A stretch of 64,000 nucleotides of DNA from positions 1 to 64,000 of the IMG/VR virus record IMGVR_UViG_3300011113_000581. One strand, 5' to 3'. The notes under the pieces are model-generated. The model was not told the DNA's origin, did not search any database, and worked only from the letters and a program-made list of their open reading frames with translations. Shown in pieces: positions 9,968 to 18,988 of this stretch (positions are counted from its first letter, which is position 1; the number at the start of each line of letters is the position of its first letter). The position numbers and the translations under genes are program-made. The stretch comes from a virus.

Positions 9968-10354
9968 ATGGAAGATCTTTTTTCCGCTCCTGCCAATAGT
10001 CAAGAGCCGCCGCAATCACAGATTCCAATTGGAGCGGGCGTCCGATTTGACGGCCGTGCCGTACCCAGTCAAATCACTCCTGAAGACCTGGAACGCATGA
10101 AACAACAGGCCCGTGAACTAGCTGTGGCACAGTATTACGCTCAACAACAAGCCCAAGAATCAAAACCCAAAGTTACATATGAAATTAATCCGCCGCTGCA
10201 GATTCCTGAAAAAATTGTTTATGTTCGCCGTAACCTAACGATTGCAGAGCTTCTGGTTATTTTTGCAGTTTCCTGTGGTTTGGTTTACGGTGTACCAGCA
10301 GCCTGGAACTTTGTCTCACAAAATTTACCGCGAATTGAAGTACGCGTAAAGTAA
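9968..10354 (+). CDS. Hypothetical membrane protein
   Basis: One C-terminal hydrophobic segment. Confidence 0.6.
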   Translation: MEDLFSAPANSQEPPQSQIPIGAGVRFDGRAVPSQITPEDLERMKQQARELAVAQYYAQQQAQESKPKVTYEINPPLQIPEKIVYVRRNLTIAELLVIFAVSCGLVYGVPAAWNFVSQNLPRIEVRVK

Positions 10355-10401
10355 GAAGTTAGATCTCCTATAATCACTTATAAGGCTTCGTATTTTTATA
10401 A

Positions 10402-11472
10402 GTGGCAAACAGGAGAATTACCGAACTGCCCTCAATTGCAGGAGCAGATTTAAGCGAGTTAGATCTGCTCACTCTCGTTCGGGTGTTTGAAGTTGACCCG
10501 ACTTTAAAAAATAAAAAAATTACTCTTTCAGAATTTAGTAATTACCTTAACACAAAGTATTTAACGCTTAGTGGCGGGACCATGACTGGTCCGCTTACTA
10601 TCAACGCACCATTAACGGTTACTGGTCTTACCACTCTCAACACTGTCACTTCTACCGGTGTAGCAAACTTCAGTGGGGTTTACGTTCAAACCACACTAAA
10701 CGTCAGTGGGACTTTAAGCGGTGTCACGATTACCGGTACAACGGTAAACGCAACAAACGCAACGTTCCAAAATTTAACCACCAGTGGACATAACATTCAA
10801 GGAAACTTGACTGTCTCTGGTACTCTTTTAACTCGCGGAAATGCAACTTTTTCTTCTGGCGTAACAGTCACAGGTGCTTTAACTGGCACTACGGTTACTG
10901 GCACAATTGCTAACTTTTCTTCTGGTGTGTTTACTGAGCAAATTTCAGGAGCTACTATTACTGGTAACTCTGGAAGATTTACACAACTATCCGGAATTTC
11001 CGGAATATTTACAAATCAAATTTCAGGTGCCACTATTACAGGTAATTTAGTTCAAGGTACGTCTGGTGCTTTTGCAAATCTTCAAGCAACAAACCTTTCT
11101 TTTGCTTCTGCCACAATTAGCGGAGACTTTTTTGTACTTGGATCTGGTTATGTTAGCTCAGGATTTAGTGTCACTGGAACTATCTCAGGACAAACAATTA
11201 CTGGAACTACGGGGAGATTTAATTCTGTAACAGGGAATACAGCGGGTTTTACCACAATTACAGGAGTTACCGTCACTGGAACTACTGGAAACTTTATTAC
11301 AGCATCGGGTGCAACAGTTACTGGTAACACGGGTCTTTTTACAAACATTACAGGAAGCACTCTTTATATAACCATGCCTCCTGATGGACCTGCAGCAATT
11401 GTATGTACAGGTGTTGTTTCTGGAGATGCTACAGGATTTCAAATTCGAGGGCCATTAATTATTTTGCCCTGA
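10402..11472 (+). CDS. Tail fibre-like structural protein
   Basis: G/T/S-rich beta repeats (ISGATITG); N-terminal RRITELP. Confidence 0.7.
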   Translation: MANRRITELPSIAGADLSELDLLTLVRVFEVDPTLKNKKITLSEFSNYLNTKYLTLSGGTMTGPLTINAPLTVTGLTTLNTVTSTGVANFSGVYVQTTLNVSGTLSGVTITGTTVNATNATFQNLTTSGHNIQGNLTVSGTLLTRGNATFSSGVTVTGALTGTTVTGTIANFSSGVFTEQISGATITGNSGRFTQLSGISGIFTNQISGATITGNLVQGTSGAFANLQATNLSFASATISGDFFVLGSGYVSSGFSVTGTISGQTITGTTGRFNSVTGNTAGFTTITGVTVTGTTGNFITASGATVTGNTGLFTNITGSTLYITMPPDGPAAIVCTGVVSGDATGFQIRGPLIILP

Positions 11473-11505
11473 GTTACAATTAAAGAAAGATTTTTGTAGA
11501 GACAA

Positions 11506-13404
11506 ATGCCATACGGTATCATCAAAGTTGATCAAGTTACGTTCACTAATGCTGGCGTAGATCAGACTATCTCTGTTTCTGGAATTGTTGCTTCTATTTC
11601 GGGGAATATTACTGCAACCGGAACGATTTCTGGTAACGTGATTCGCGGTGGTACCACAGTTTCTGGTGCAACCGTTACTGGTACTGCAGGTCAATTTGGT
11701 ACCATCACAGGTAACACTGCAGGATTTACTACTGTCACCGGGACGACCGTTACTGGAATTACAGCAACGTTTACCTCAGGCGTATTTACCAATATTAGTG
11801 GTGGAACTCATACGATTACCTCTGGTGTGTTTGCTTCGGGTACTGCTGCTAACCCAAGTATTACTTTCCAAGGTGACGTTAATACAGGTATTTACAGTCC
11901 TGGCGCAGAACAAGTAGCCATCAGCACTAATGGGTCGGGGAGGCTGTTTGTTAATAGTCTGGGTAATATCGGAGTTGGATCGTCTCCGACATCGATTGGA
12001 AGTAATATCTCAACTATTCATGCTAAAGGAATTAATGGTGCTGGTATTGGACTTGGCTCAACCAGTTATGATCAGTCTCTTGTGCTCTTTACCAATGGTG
12101 ATGGTGCAGCCGGCTATTTAGGTACTTATGCCAATATGCCGTTGGTTTTTACAACAAACAGCACAGAGCGCCTTCGCATCACCTCCACCGGCAACGTCGG
12201 CATTGGGACGAGTGCTCCGGGCGTTGCACTCGACGTAGTAGGCGAGGGTCGCTTTTATTCAACCAGCAGCAACATTAATCTGCAGGTGGGGCGACTGGGT
12301 GACGCTTTGTTTAACAATAGTTTCAGCATTTACAGTGGTTATGTAACCACAGCGGCGTCATACCTTATTCAGACTGATCTGAATGGAGTCAACACAAATT
12401 ACTTTGGCGCTCTGAGGTTTAATCAGTATTCGTCTGGCACAACATTCACCGAACGCCTCCGCATCGACAACTCTGGTCGCCTCTTAGTTGGTACGTCTAC
12501 GGCGCGAAGCAATTTCTTCAACACTACACAGTCAGCAAACATTCAACTTGAAGGAACCTCTGGCACTGCGTTGATGTCGTTGGTATCAAACGCCAATGAC
12601 GTAGGTAGCAATGCTGCTTTAATACTTGGCAAAACAAGAGGAACAGCAGTTGGAAGCACAACCGTTGTTCAATCGGGCGATGTCCTTGGTCGAATCACAT
12701 TCCAAGGATCAGATGGCACTGAGTTTGTGCAAGCTGCTGATATTTACGCAGAAGTAGACGGCCCCCCTGGCGCTAATGACATGCCAGGCCGTCTAGTGTT
12801 CTCCACTACCGCCGACGGGGCGAGTTCTCCGACGGAGCGGATGAGGCTGGACAATGCTGGGGAGGTCAACATTTTTGCCGCCACAGGTCGAACGGTATTT
12901 GGCGCAAGAAGCGCAACAGGTGCTGGCACCACTGATCGCACTATTACTGGTATTCACAGTGCCACATCAACAACAGCTACAGGAACAATTTCATTCCAAG
13001 TATTCACAAACGGCAACACCCAGAACACCAACAACAGCTATGCTGGCATTTCGGACATCAAGCTAAAAGAAAACATTGTTGATTCTGGCTCTCAATGGGC
13101 CGACATCAAGGCGCTACAAGTTCGTAAGTACAACTTCAAGGAAGAGACAGGCCAAGAGACTCACACTCAAATTGGCCTTGTCGCTCAGGAGGTTGAGCTG
13201 GTCTCGCCAGGCATCGTTTTTGAGTCCCCCGACCGCGACGCCGAAGGCAACGAGCTTGGCACCGTCACCAAGAGCGTCAACTATTCGGTGCTCTACATGA
13301 AAGCCGTCAAGGCACTGCAGGAAGCAATGGAGCGGATCGAAACTCTTGAGGCGAGCAATGCCGATCTGCTGGTACGAGTTTCTGCACTTGAATCAAAGCC
13401 GTAA
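11506..13404 (+). CDS. Tail fibre with C-terminal intramolecular chaperone (peptidase S74)
   Basis: ERLRI..GNVGIGT repeats; SDIKLKENI cleavage motif; GLVAQEVE; C-terminal coiled coil. Confidence 0.9.
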   Translation: MPYGIIKVDQVTFTNAGVDQTISVSGIVASISGNITATGTISGNVIRGGTTVSGATVTGTAGQFGTITGNTAGFTTVTGTTVTGITATFTSGVFTNISGGTHTITSGVFASGTAANPSITFQGDVNTGIYSPGAEQVAISTNGSGRLFVNSLGNIGVGSSPTSIGSNISTIHAKGINGAGIGLGSTSYDQSLVLFTNGDGAAGYLGTYANMPLVFTTNSTERLRITSTGNVGIGTSAPGVALDVVGEGRFYSTSSNINLQVGRLGDALFNNSFSIYSGYVTTAASYLIQTDLNGVNTNYFGALRFNQYSSGTTFTERLRIDNSGRLLVGTSTARSNFFNTTQSANIQLEGTSGTALMSLVSNANDVGSNAALILGKTRGTAVGSTTVVQSGDVLGRITFQGSDGTEFVQAADIYAEVDGPPGANDMPGRLVFSTTADGASSPTERMRLDNAGEVNIFAATGRTVFGARSATGAGTTDRTITGIHSATSTTATGTISFQVFTNGNTQNTNNSYAGISDIKLKENIVDSGSQWADIKALQVRKYNFKEETGQETHTQIGLVAQEVELVSPGIVFESPDRDAEGNELGTVTKSVNYSVLYMKAVKALQEAMERIETLEASNADLLVRVSALESKP

Positions 13405-13947
13405 GTCCCCTTCACCTGTGACCCTGGCTCGGTGTAACAAACCATTTTGTTGACCCTACCAAAATGGTCTACCGGGCCCAGTAGTCTTTGACGTTACCGA
13501 TCAGGATTAAAAGCTATAAATCCTGGCACAAACCTAAAAACTATTACCGCTCGGGAACTCCTAATTTGGTTAAAATTAGGAGGTAATTAGGAGTTGGCAT
13601 GAACGATCCTGTTGACGATCTTCTTAATGATCTGTTTGACATGTATGCAGAACCAGGGACCTTTGGCCTGGAGATGAATCGAAACGAATTTATTGCTGCA
13701 TGTGAAGATCTCTTGGAACGCATTAAAGATTTATGACCGAACAACAAAAGGCTGTGCTGACCGCCGCAGTAGATCTTGTTAATGGTGGGCAAGACATGGA
13801 AGAAGCACTCGGTTGTTATCGGGTCATTTCCCAGTATGTGTTGAATACCGTACCGCCAGACGCAGAAGACCTTGATGCACTAGGGTTGACCAAGTAGTGT
13901 AACCCACTTTTATTTAAGCTATAATTATACAGAGGTTTTGTTTTTTT

Positions 13948-14250
13948 ATGGCTACCACAACTACCTGGCATATTGCTCAACTCGAGAGGGAGACGAGTGA
14001 CGGTTACGTTTTTACCGCTCACTATACAATTGATTCCAAAAATGAGGCGTATAGTGCTGGAGCCTATGGAAGTATTGGTTTCCAGCGTCCCGAAAACCTC
14101 ATTCCATACTCAGATTTGACTGAAGATCTGGTCATCTCTTGGGTAAAAGAAACTCTCGGTGACGACAAAGTTACCGAAATTGAAGCTGCTCTCCAGGCTC
14201 AACTGGATGAACAAGCACATCCCACCAAACAAGCTGGTGTTCCCTGGTAA
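13948..14250 (+). CDS. Tail-fibre-associated small protein
   Basis: IPYSDLTEDLVISWVK...GVPW, downstream of the fibre gene. Confidence 0.6.
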   Translation: MATTTTWHIAQLERETSDGYVFTAHYTIDSKNEAYSAGAYGSIGFQRPENLIPYSDLTEDLVISWVKETLGDDKVTEIEAALQAQLDEQAHPTKQAGVPW

Positions 14251-14269
14251 TTACTGACACATAATTAAG

Positions 14270-14293
14270 TGCGGTCCAAGAGGCCGCATTTTT
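14270..14293 (+). terminator. Rho-independent terminator
   Basis: GCGGTC-CAAGA-GGCCGC hairpin followed by a T run. Confidence 0.7.
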
Positions 14294-14335
14294 TATTGGT
14301 CATTTTATAGTAGTAATGACCTGGTACAAGGGAAT

Positions 14336-15448
14336 ATGACGATTAATTTACTAGATGCTGTTCGTTATTTCAAAGGTTTGTCGCACCAGGTAGATGCTTT
14401 TGTGTGGTTAGATAAACAACTAAGTCCAGAACAAAAGGTTGAATTTGCACGTCTGTATCGAGAAGAAAAAAATCCACCGAAAGAAACAGTTACCAATGAT
14501 TGGGCAGGAATCTTAGGAGCTGCACGTAAAGCCGGTGCAAAATTTCCAGAAGTTGTTGCTGCTCAATGGGCACTTGAATCGGGATATGGTAAGCACACCT
14601 CAGGTAAAAATAATTTCTTTGGCTTGAAAGGAACAGGAAGTGCAGTAGGAACTAAAGAATTTATTAATGATCGTTGGATTGAAATTACAGCAAGCTTTAT
14701 TGATTTTCCAACTATTCAAACCTGTGTTCAATACCTTGTTGACCGCTGGTACAAAGACTACCGACATTTCAAAGGTGTCAACAGGGCCAACAACAGAAAT
14801 GAATGCGCAAATCTTCTTGTAGCAGAACGCTACGCAACTGATCCTGATTACGCAACCAAGCTGATTCAAATCATGGATCGGGAAATTGGTACAGTACCGA
14901 ACGCACCAGAAGTAATTACAGATAAATCTTTAGTTGTACCTTACTTTTATCAACTAGACAACTCAAGCGGGACTGGTTATCGCGAATGTTTCTCGTCATC
15001 TTGTGCGATGATTGCCGCTTATTACGGTTTAATCGGCTCAGATGACGAATACAACAACATTCGTAAAAAGTTTGGTGATACAACTGATAACACTGTCCAA
15101 TTAAAAACACTCAGGCACCTGGGACTAACAGCAAGATTTATCACCAATGGAAATGCTGCTGTTCTTGAAAATGAAATTCGCAATGGTAGACCAGTTGCTG
15201 TCGGTTGGTTACATCACGGGAATGTAAGCAGGCCAACAGGTGGCGGACATTGGACAGTAGTTCGTGGATTCACACCAACACACTTTGTTCACAATGATCC
15301 CTATGGAGAATGTGACATGGTAAACGGTGGATATATCTCAACCAAATCTAAAGCTGGTAACGGAATTAAGTATTCGCGTAAAAATTGGTTACGTCGCTGG
15401 GAAGTCGATGGTCCTAGTACGGGATGGGCAATTCTTGTAAACAAATGA
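14336..15448 (+). CDS. Endolysin: GH73 glucosaminidase plus C39-like peptidase
   Basis: AQWALESGYG, NNFFGLK, YATDPDY; VPYFYQLDN..C..SSCAM, GGHWTVV, NDPYG. Confidence 0.85.
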   Translation: MTINLLDAVRYFKGLSHQVDAFVWLDKQLSPEQKVEFARLYREEKNPPKETVTNDWAGILGAARKAGAKFPEVVAAQWALESGYGKHTSGKNNFFGLKGTGSAVGTKEFINDRWIEITASFIDFPTIQTCVQYLVDRWYKDYRHFKGVNRANNRNECANLLVAERYATDPDYATKLIQIMDREIGTVPNAPEVITDKSLVVPYFYQLDNSSGTGYRECFSSSCAMIAAYYGLIGSDDEYNNIRKKFGDTTDNTVQLKTLRHLGLTARFITNGNAAVLENEIRNGRPVAVGWLHHGNVSRPTGGGHWTVVRGFTPTHFVHNDPYGECDMVNGGYISTKSKAGNGIKYSRKNWLRRWEVDGPSTGWAILVNK

Positions 15449-15603
15449 AAGTAAAAAGAGATCCACCTATCAAAGTAAATATCTGTTGGGAAGTAGGTGA
15501 TGAAAAAAAATGCGTAACACTTCCAAAAGAGGAAGCGTACGCAACAAGGGATTGGGCTGAACGAGAAGGTGGTGTAGTGTTCTGGTTTCAACCAGTTAAC
15601 TGA
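15445..15603 (+). CDS. 52-aa hypothetical protein (not in ORF track)
   Basis: ATGA overlap with endolysin stop; MKVKRDPPIKVNICWEV... Confidence 0.55.
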   Translation: MKVKRDPPIKVNICWEVGDEKKCVTLPKEEAYATRDWAEREGGVVFWFQPVN

Positions 15604-15768
15604 TTAACGTTGTTTGGCACGTCCAATAACAAGACCAAGGACTTCAATTACTTTGTACAACTTACCAACCAATTTATCATCGGAAGGAGTTGGGGTCAAA
15701 GCGCAAATAGCAGATGCTGCTGCATGAATAGCAAGAGCAACTTCTAGGTATTCATTAAGTTTATGCAT
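15604..15768 (-). CDS. Putative holin-like small membrane protein (not in ORF track)
   Basis: MHKLNEYLEVALAIHAAASAICALTPTPSDDKLVGKLYKVIEVLGLVIGRAKQR; two hydrophobic segments, close to endolysin. Confidence 0.6.
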   Translation of the reverse strand: MHKLNEYLEVALAIHAAASAICALTPTPSDDKLVGKLYKVIEVLGLVIGRAKQR

Positions 15769-15789
15769 GAGTATTCAGTAACTCTTCTT

Positions 15790-16233
15790 TTATTCTACGT
15801 ACCTTTGTTTATAGAAGGTGTAACACTTTAATTCTGGATTTCCAACCCATTGGTACTGAGCATCTTTACGTGCCAGCCATTTACCCCACACTCGATACTG
15901 CTTATCAGGATTGGCACTCTCACAACGGAAAGCAATCATATCCCCTGGCTCTAACTCCTCACACCACTTGCGAAGAGTATCAATAACAGTACGGTAATAA
16001 TGAAGAGTAACTTTACCGGTCAAATTTAGTCCCAAGCGCCTTACGCATGTTCTCCTCCCACGCTTCTCCAGCCAATCGTTTATCTGGCGCATACTCTTTC
16101 CAGTGGCTAATGAGGCAAGCCATATCGTCTCCGTATTGTTTCGTAGATAAGGAACCAGTCTCATCTTCAATAGCCAATTGTTCGGCAATTGTTTTGTTAA
16201 CAGCTTTTTCTTTGGCCTGGGACATCTGCTCAT
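15790..16233 (-). CDS. Hypothetical protein
   Basis: ORF overlaps the upstream gene; start uncertain. Confidence 0.45.
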   Translation of the reverse strand: MSRCPRPKKKLLTKQLPNNWLLKMRLVPYLRNNTETIWLASLATGKSMRQINDWLEKRGRRTCVRRLGLNLTGKVTLHYYRTVIDTLRKWCEELEPGDMIAFRCESANPDKQYRVWGKWLARKDAQYQWVGNPELKCYTFYKQRYVE

Positions 16234-16903
16234 TTTCTTTTTCTACTGGAGTTTTCCAAAAGTAATCGTCGCATTCGCCCAAGCGGCCCCATTTTAACGC
16301 TTTCTCGGAGTCAAAGTAACGAGTAGATACTTTAAAATCAGGCGTCTTGAGATCATGATAGGTCAGTGATGGGTCAACCATTCGACAGCGATTATTAGGA
16401 TAAGCCCCAATTTGGCCGTTGTCCAAAGCCACAATGTTGTGAGATTTGTGTTCATCTGGAAACTCCGAGAAATAAAAATCGGGTTCGTTACGATGTGGAT
16501 GGTAGTTGTCAATTGTAAATAAGTATGTGCCCTGCATTACACCATGCTCTCTTGTCAGCACCTCAAAACGCATATTGTAAATTAAATTCTTTTCAACAAT
16601 GGTTAGGCCGTGGTCAAAACCATTCCAGTACTGAAGATCTGTTAGCGGAAGATCGGGCGTGGGTTCAACAGGTTTATCTGGGTTGTCTGAGTCCCAAGAT
16701 AAAAATGCACTGATAGGTAACTTATCGTATAAAGCGCCGTACTCGGTTAAATAAGTTTCGAAATACAGTGCTCTACCCGTAAGAGATTTGCAAGTAACCC
16801 AGTAGCCAGGAGTGTACTCACCATGCCCCTTCTGGAGATCATACAAATATTCTTTTCTAATCCACACCTTAACGGGTGGTACATTGGCTACAAGTGTAGT
16901 CAT
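16013..16903 (-). CDS. Hypothetical phage protein
   Basis: 296-aa ORF, ANVPPVKVWIRKEYLYD...YLFTIDN...EHKSHN...YPNNR. Confidence 0.75.
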   Translation of the reverse strand: MTTLVANVPPVKVWIRKEYLYDLQKGHGEYTPGYWVTCKSLTGRALYFETYLTEYGALYDKLPISAFLSWDSDNPDKPVEPTPDLPLTDLQYWNGFDHGLTIVEKNLIYNMRFEVLTREHGVMQGTYLFTIDNYHPHRNEPDFYFSEFPDEHKSHNIVALDNGQIGAYPNNRCRMVDPSLTYHDLKTPDFKVSTRYFDSEKALKWGRLGECDDYFWKTPVEKENEQMSQAKEKAVNKTIAEQLAIEDETGSLSTKQYGDDMACLISHWKEYAPDKRLAGEAWEENMRKALGTKFDR

Positions 16904-16936
16904 AAATCTCTTTTCTGTTGAAAAGAGTCTAGCAAC

Positions 16937-17860
16937 TTATTGGCGGGTAACAAGCGGAATGAATACGTCCGGGAACCTATCCGTATCCTGGTGTTCACGC
17001 TCCCATGCTTCACGCCATTCCGTTAGCGAATGTTCGTGAATTGAGTTAAAATCGTAAGTAGGAGAAGGATCCAGAAGGAATTTATCCTGGGGTTCCTGTG
17101 CTGGTGGAACAACATCACCGATTAACCAAGTGGATCCAGTGGGAATTTCAACAGTCACACCAAATGCAATTGTTGCAAGTGTTTTAGTGAAGCCATTGAA
17201 GCCAGCAGGAAGAGTGTAATTAACAGAAAAAACAGGTCCAATTTCAACCGTATTAGCTGTATCAATACCATCCTCTAGGCAAAGGAAACTACCATCTGGA
17301 TCTTCTAAAAGAATAAATAAGTCTTCAGTAGGAAACTCAATTACAACACCAACGTTGTAATCAAGAGGTTCGTTGCGAGTACTGGAAACACAAATTAAAT
17401 ACTTACCAGCCCCCAGGGGATAGTAACGATCATCCCCTTTATCAAGTCGGTATTGATTAAAAGTGTTGTAAAGATCAGACTGAGCACCCATCGCATGACC
17501 AACATAAGGATGATAAACCTCATCCTCTGCGTCATAGAAGAAATCTCCACGTACACTATCAGCCTGGAAGATTGACCTTCCTTGAATAGGAACTTGATTT
17601 AGGTCATAGAAAGAAATCTGAACATACTTAGAACGATCCCCATCTTTTGACAAGATAATCCAAGCGGGGTTAGTAATTTCAACAGAGAACCAATGGTTGT
17701 AAGTACCACCACCCCAGCCATCTTTTTGAACGTAGTAAGTGGCTTCTAGGGTTCCTTGGAGATAACGTAAAGATGTTTCAGAAAACGTACCAAGAAACAA
17801 AGGATTGTTTCGAGTACGTGCTCTTTGTGTTAAGCCAACTTGATTGCTATAACGAGCCAT
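16937..17860 (-). CDS. Hypothetical protein, possibly structural
   Basis: 307-aa beta-rich ORF. Confidence 0.65.
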   Translation of the reverse strand: MARYSNQVGLTQRARTRNNPLFLGTFSETSLRYLQGTLEATYYVQKDGWGGGTYNHWFSVEITNPAWIILSKDGDRSKYVQISFYDLNQVPIQGRSIFQADSVRGDFFYDAEDEVYHPYVGHAMGAQSDLYNTFNQYRLDKGDDRYYPLGAGKYLICVSSTRNEPLDYNVGVVIEFPTEDLFILLEDPDGSFLCLEDGIDTANTVEIGPVFSVNYTLPAGFNGFTKTLATIAFGVTVEIPTGSTWLIGDVVPPAQEPQDKFLLDPSPTYDFNSIHEHSLTEWREAWEREHQDTDRFPDVFIPLVTRQ

Positions 17861-17883
17861 CTATTTTTATCTTTTTTTCTATT

Positions 17884-18528
17884 TTACTCTTCGGGATACT
17901 CCACCAAAGTTGGGTAGGTAATTGATTTTTTAAATTGAAGCTGGGTTGGTACATCAAGTGCAAACCCTTGAGTCTCACGAGACGCAGCATGAGCAAGTTT
18001 TGCGTACTCGAACGTCGTGAAGAAAGGTGTTATCCGATCAGGAGGGACATTGTTGTTCCATTTTGAGACCATATGGAGAGGATTGAGACAGTCAGGATTT
18101 GCACACAATCGCTTGACCGTAAGGGAACCAACGTCTCCCCAGGCGCACTGGTACACCAACTTATGAGTACATACGTTCTCTGATTTCTGCTTGCTCCAGG
18201 AGGACCTGTAGGAGGGGAAGCAGAAGCGTGGCTTGATCTCCTGCTTGTCCCAACAGTCGCTGAAGGAGCCGATCTGGAGGCGCTTCCAGAGGGTCTCGTA
18301 CTTGACCTTGTAATCGACGTGGAAGTAGTTGATGTCGAACCCACAGACGTTGCTGACGATCTTCTGGACGCAGTGGTAGCACCAGTGATCGTTCACATCT
18401 CTGATGACGTGACCGTGTGTACAGGGTGCTCCACGGTAGTACAGATGTTTCCTTAGCTCCAGAGTAGACAGCCCGTCGATCCCTGGGACAAAACGGAAGA
18501 GTGAGTTGTAGGCGGGTGTTTTTTTCAT
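17884..18528 (-). CDS. Cys/His-rich His-Me-finger (HNH-like) protein next to the inverted repeat
   Basis: CTHGH, CYHC, THKLVY...RLCANPDCLNPLH. Confidence 0.65.
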   Translation of the reverse strand: MKKTPAYNSLFRFVPGIDGLSTLELRKHLYYRGAPCTHGHVIRDVNDHWCYHCVQKIVSNVCGFDINYFHVDYKVKYETLWKRLQIGSFSDCWDKQEIKPRFCFPSYRSSWSKQKSENVCTHKLVYQCAWGDVGSLTVKRLCANPDCLNPLHMVSKWNNNVPPDRITPFFTTFEYAKLAHAASRETQGFALDVPTQLQFKKSITYPTLVEYPEE

Positions 18529-18541
18529 GAGTTGGGTGCGG

Positions 18542-18863
18542 AGGTCGGACTTTGGCCGAAAAGTCGGACTTGACCCCCCTTTTTATCTTTATAGCACCGA
18601 AATTAAAATTTTACCCTTTTTGTACGTACTAGCAGTATGCCTGTACTACTGATAGTACACCTTTACCACTACCAATGAAAATTTCACCCTTTTTGTACGA
18701 GACCCCCTTCCTCCTTCGGAATGATGCAACGTAGTTAACCATTAGCAGTGTGCAACCAGGACATCCGTACTATTAACACGTACAAAAAGGGTAAAATTTT
18801 AATTTCGCTGTACTAAAGATAAAAAGACCCCCAAAGTCCGACTTTTTGCCCAAAGTCCGACCT
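18542..18863. repeat. 86-bp imperfect inverted repeat with internal iterons; candidate replication origin
   Basis: Arms 18542-18627 and 18778-18863; each has two GTCGGACTT units and CGAAATTAAAATTTTACCCTTTTTGTACGT; partial third copy at 18678-18699. Confidence 0.9.
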
Positions 18864-18937
18864 GGACCCCACTCAATCTCAATATCGTCTCAATTCCGTA
18901 TCACAACGAGACACCCTCCTCCCCCTCTGGTACGCAC

Positions 18938-18964
18938 AAAAAAAGACCCCGCCGAAGCGAGGTC
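18938..18964 (-). terminator. Rho-independent terminator with UUCG loop
   Basis: Minus strand GACCTCGC-TTCG-GCGGGGTC-TTTTTTT after the glycosyltransferase. Confidence 0.85.
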
Positions 18965-18988
18965 CCACCCTTCACACCCGAAACATCC

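Noticed and set aside
10402-13404. Diversity-generating retroelement acting on tail fibres
   Set aside because: No reverse transcriptase and no template/variable repeat pair differing at adenines; the repeats are protein-level beta repeats.
18030-18382. Alternative-frame ORFs in the GC-rich patch, and most other nested or antisense ORFs in the track
   Set aside because: They are shadow frames caused by codon bias of the real genes and have low-complexity translations.
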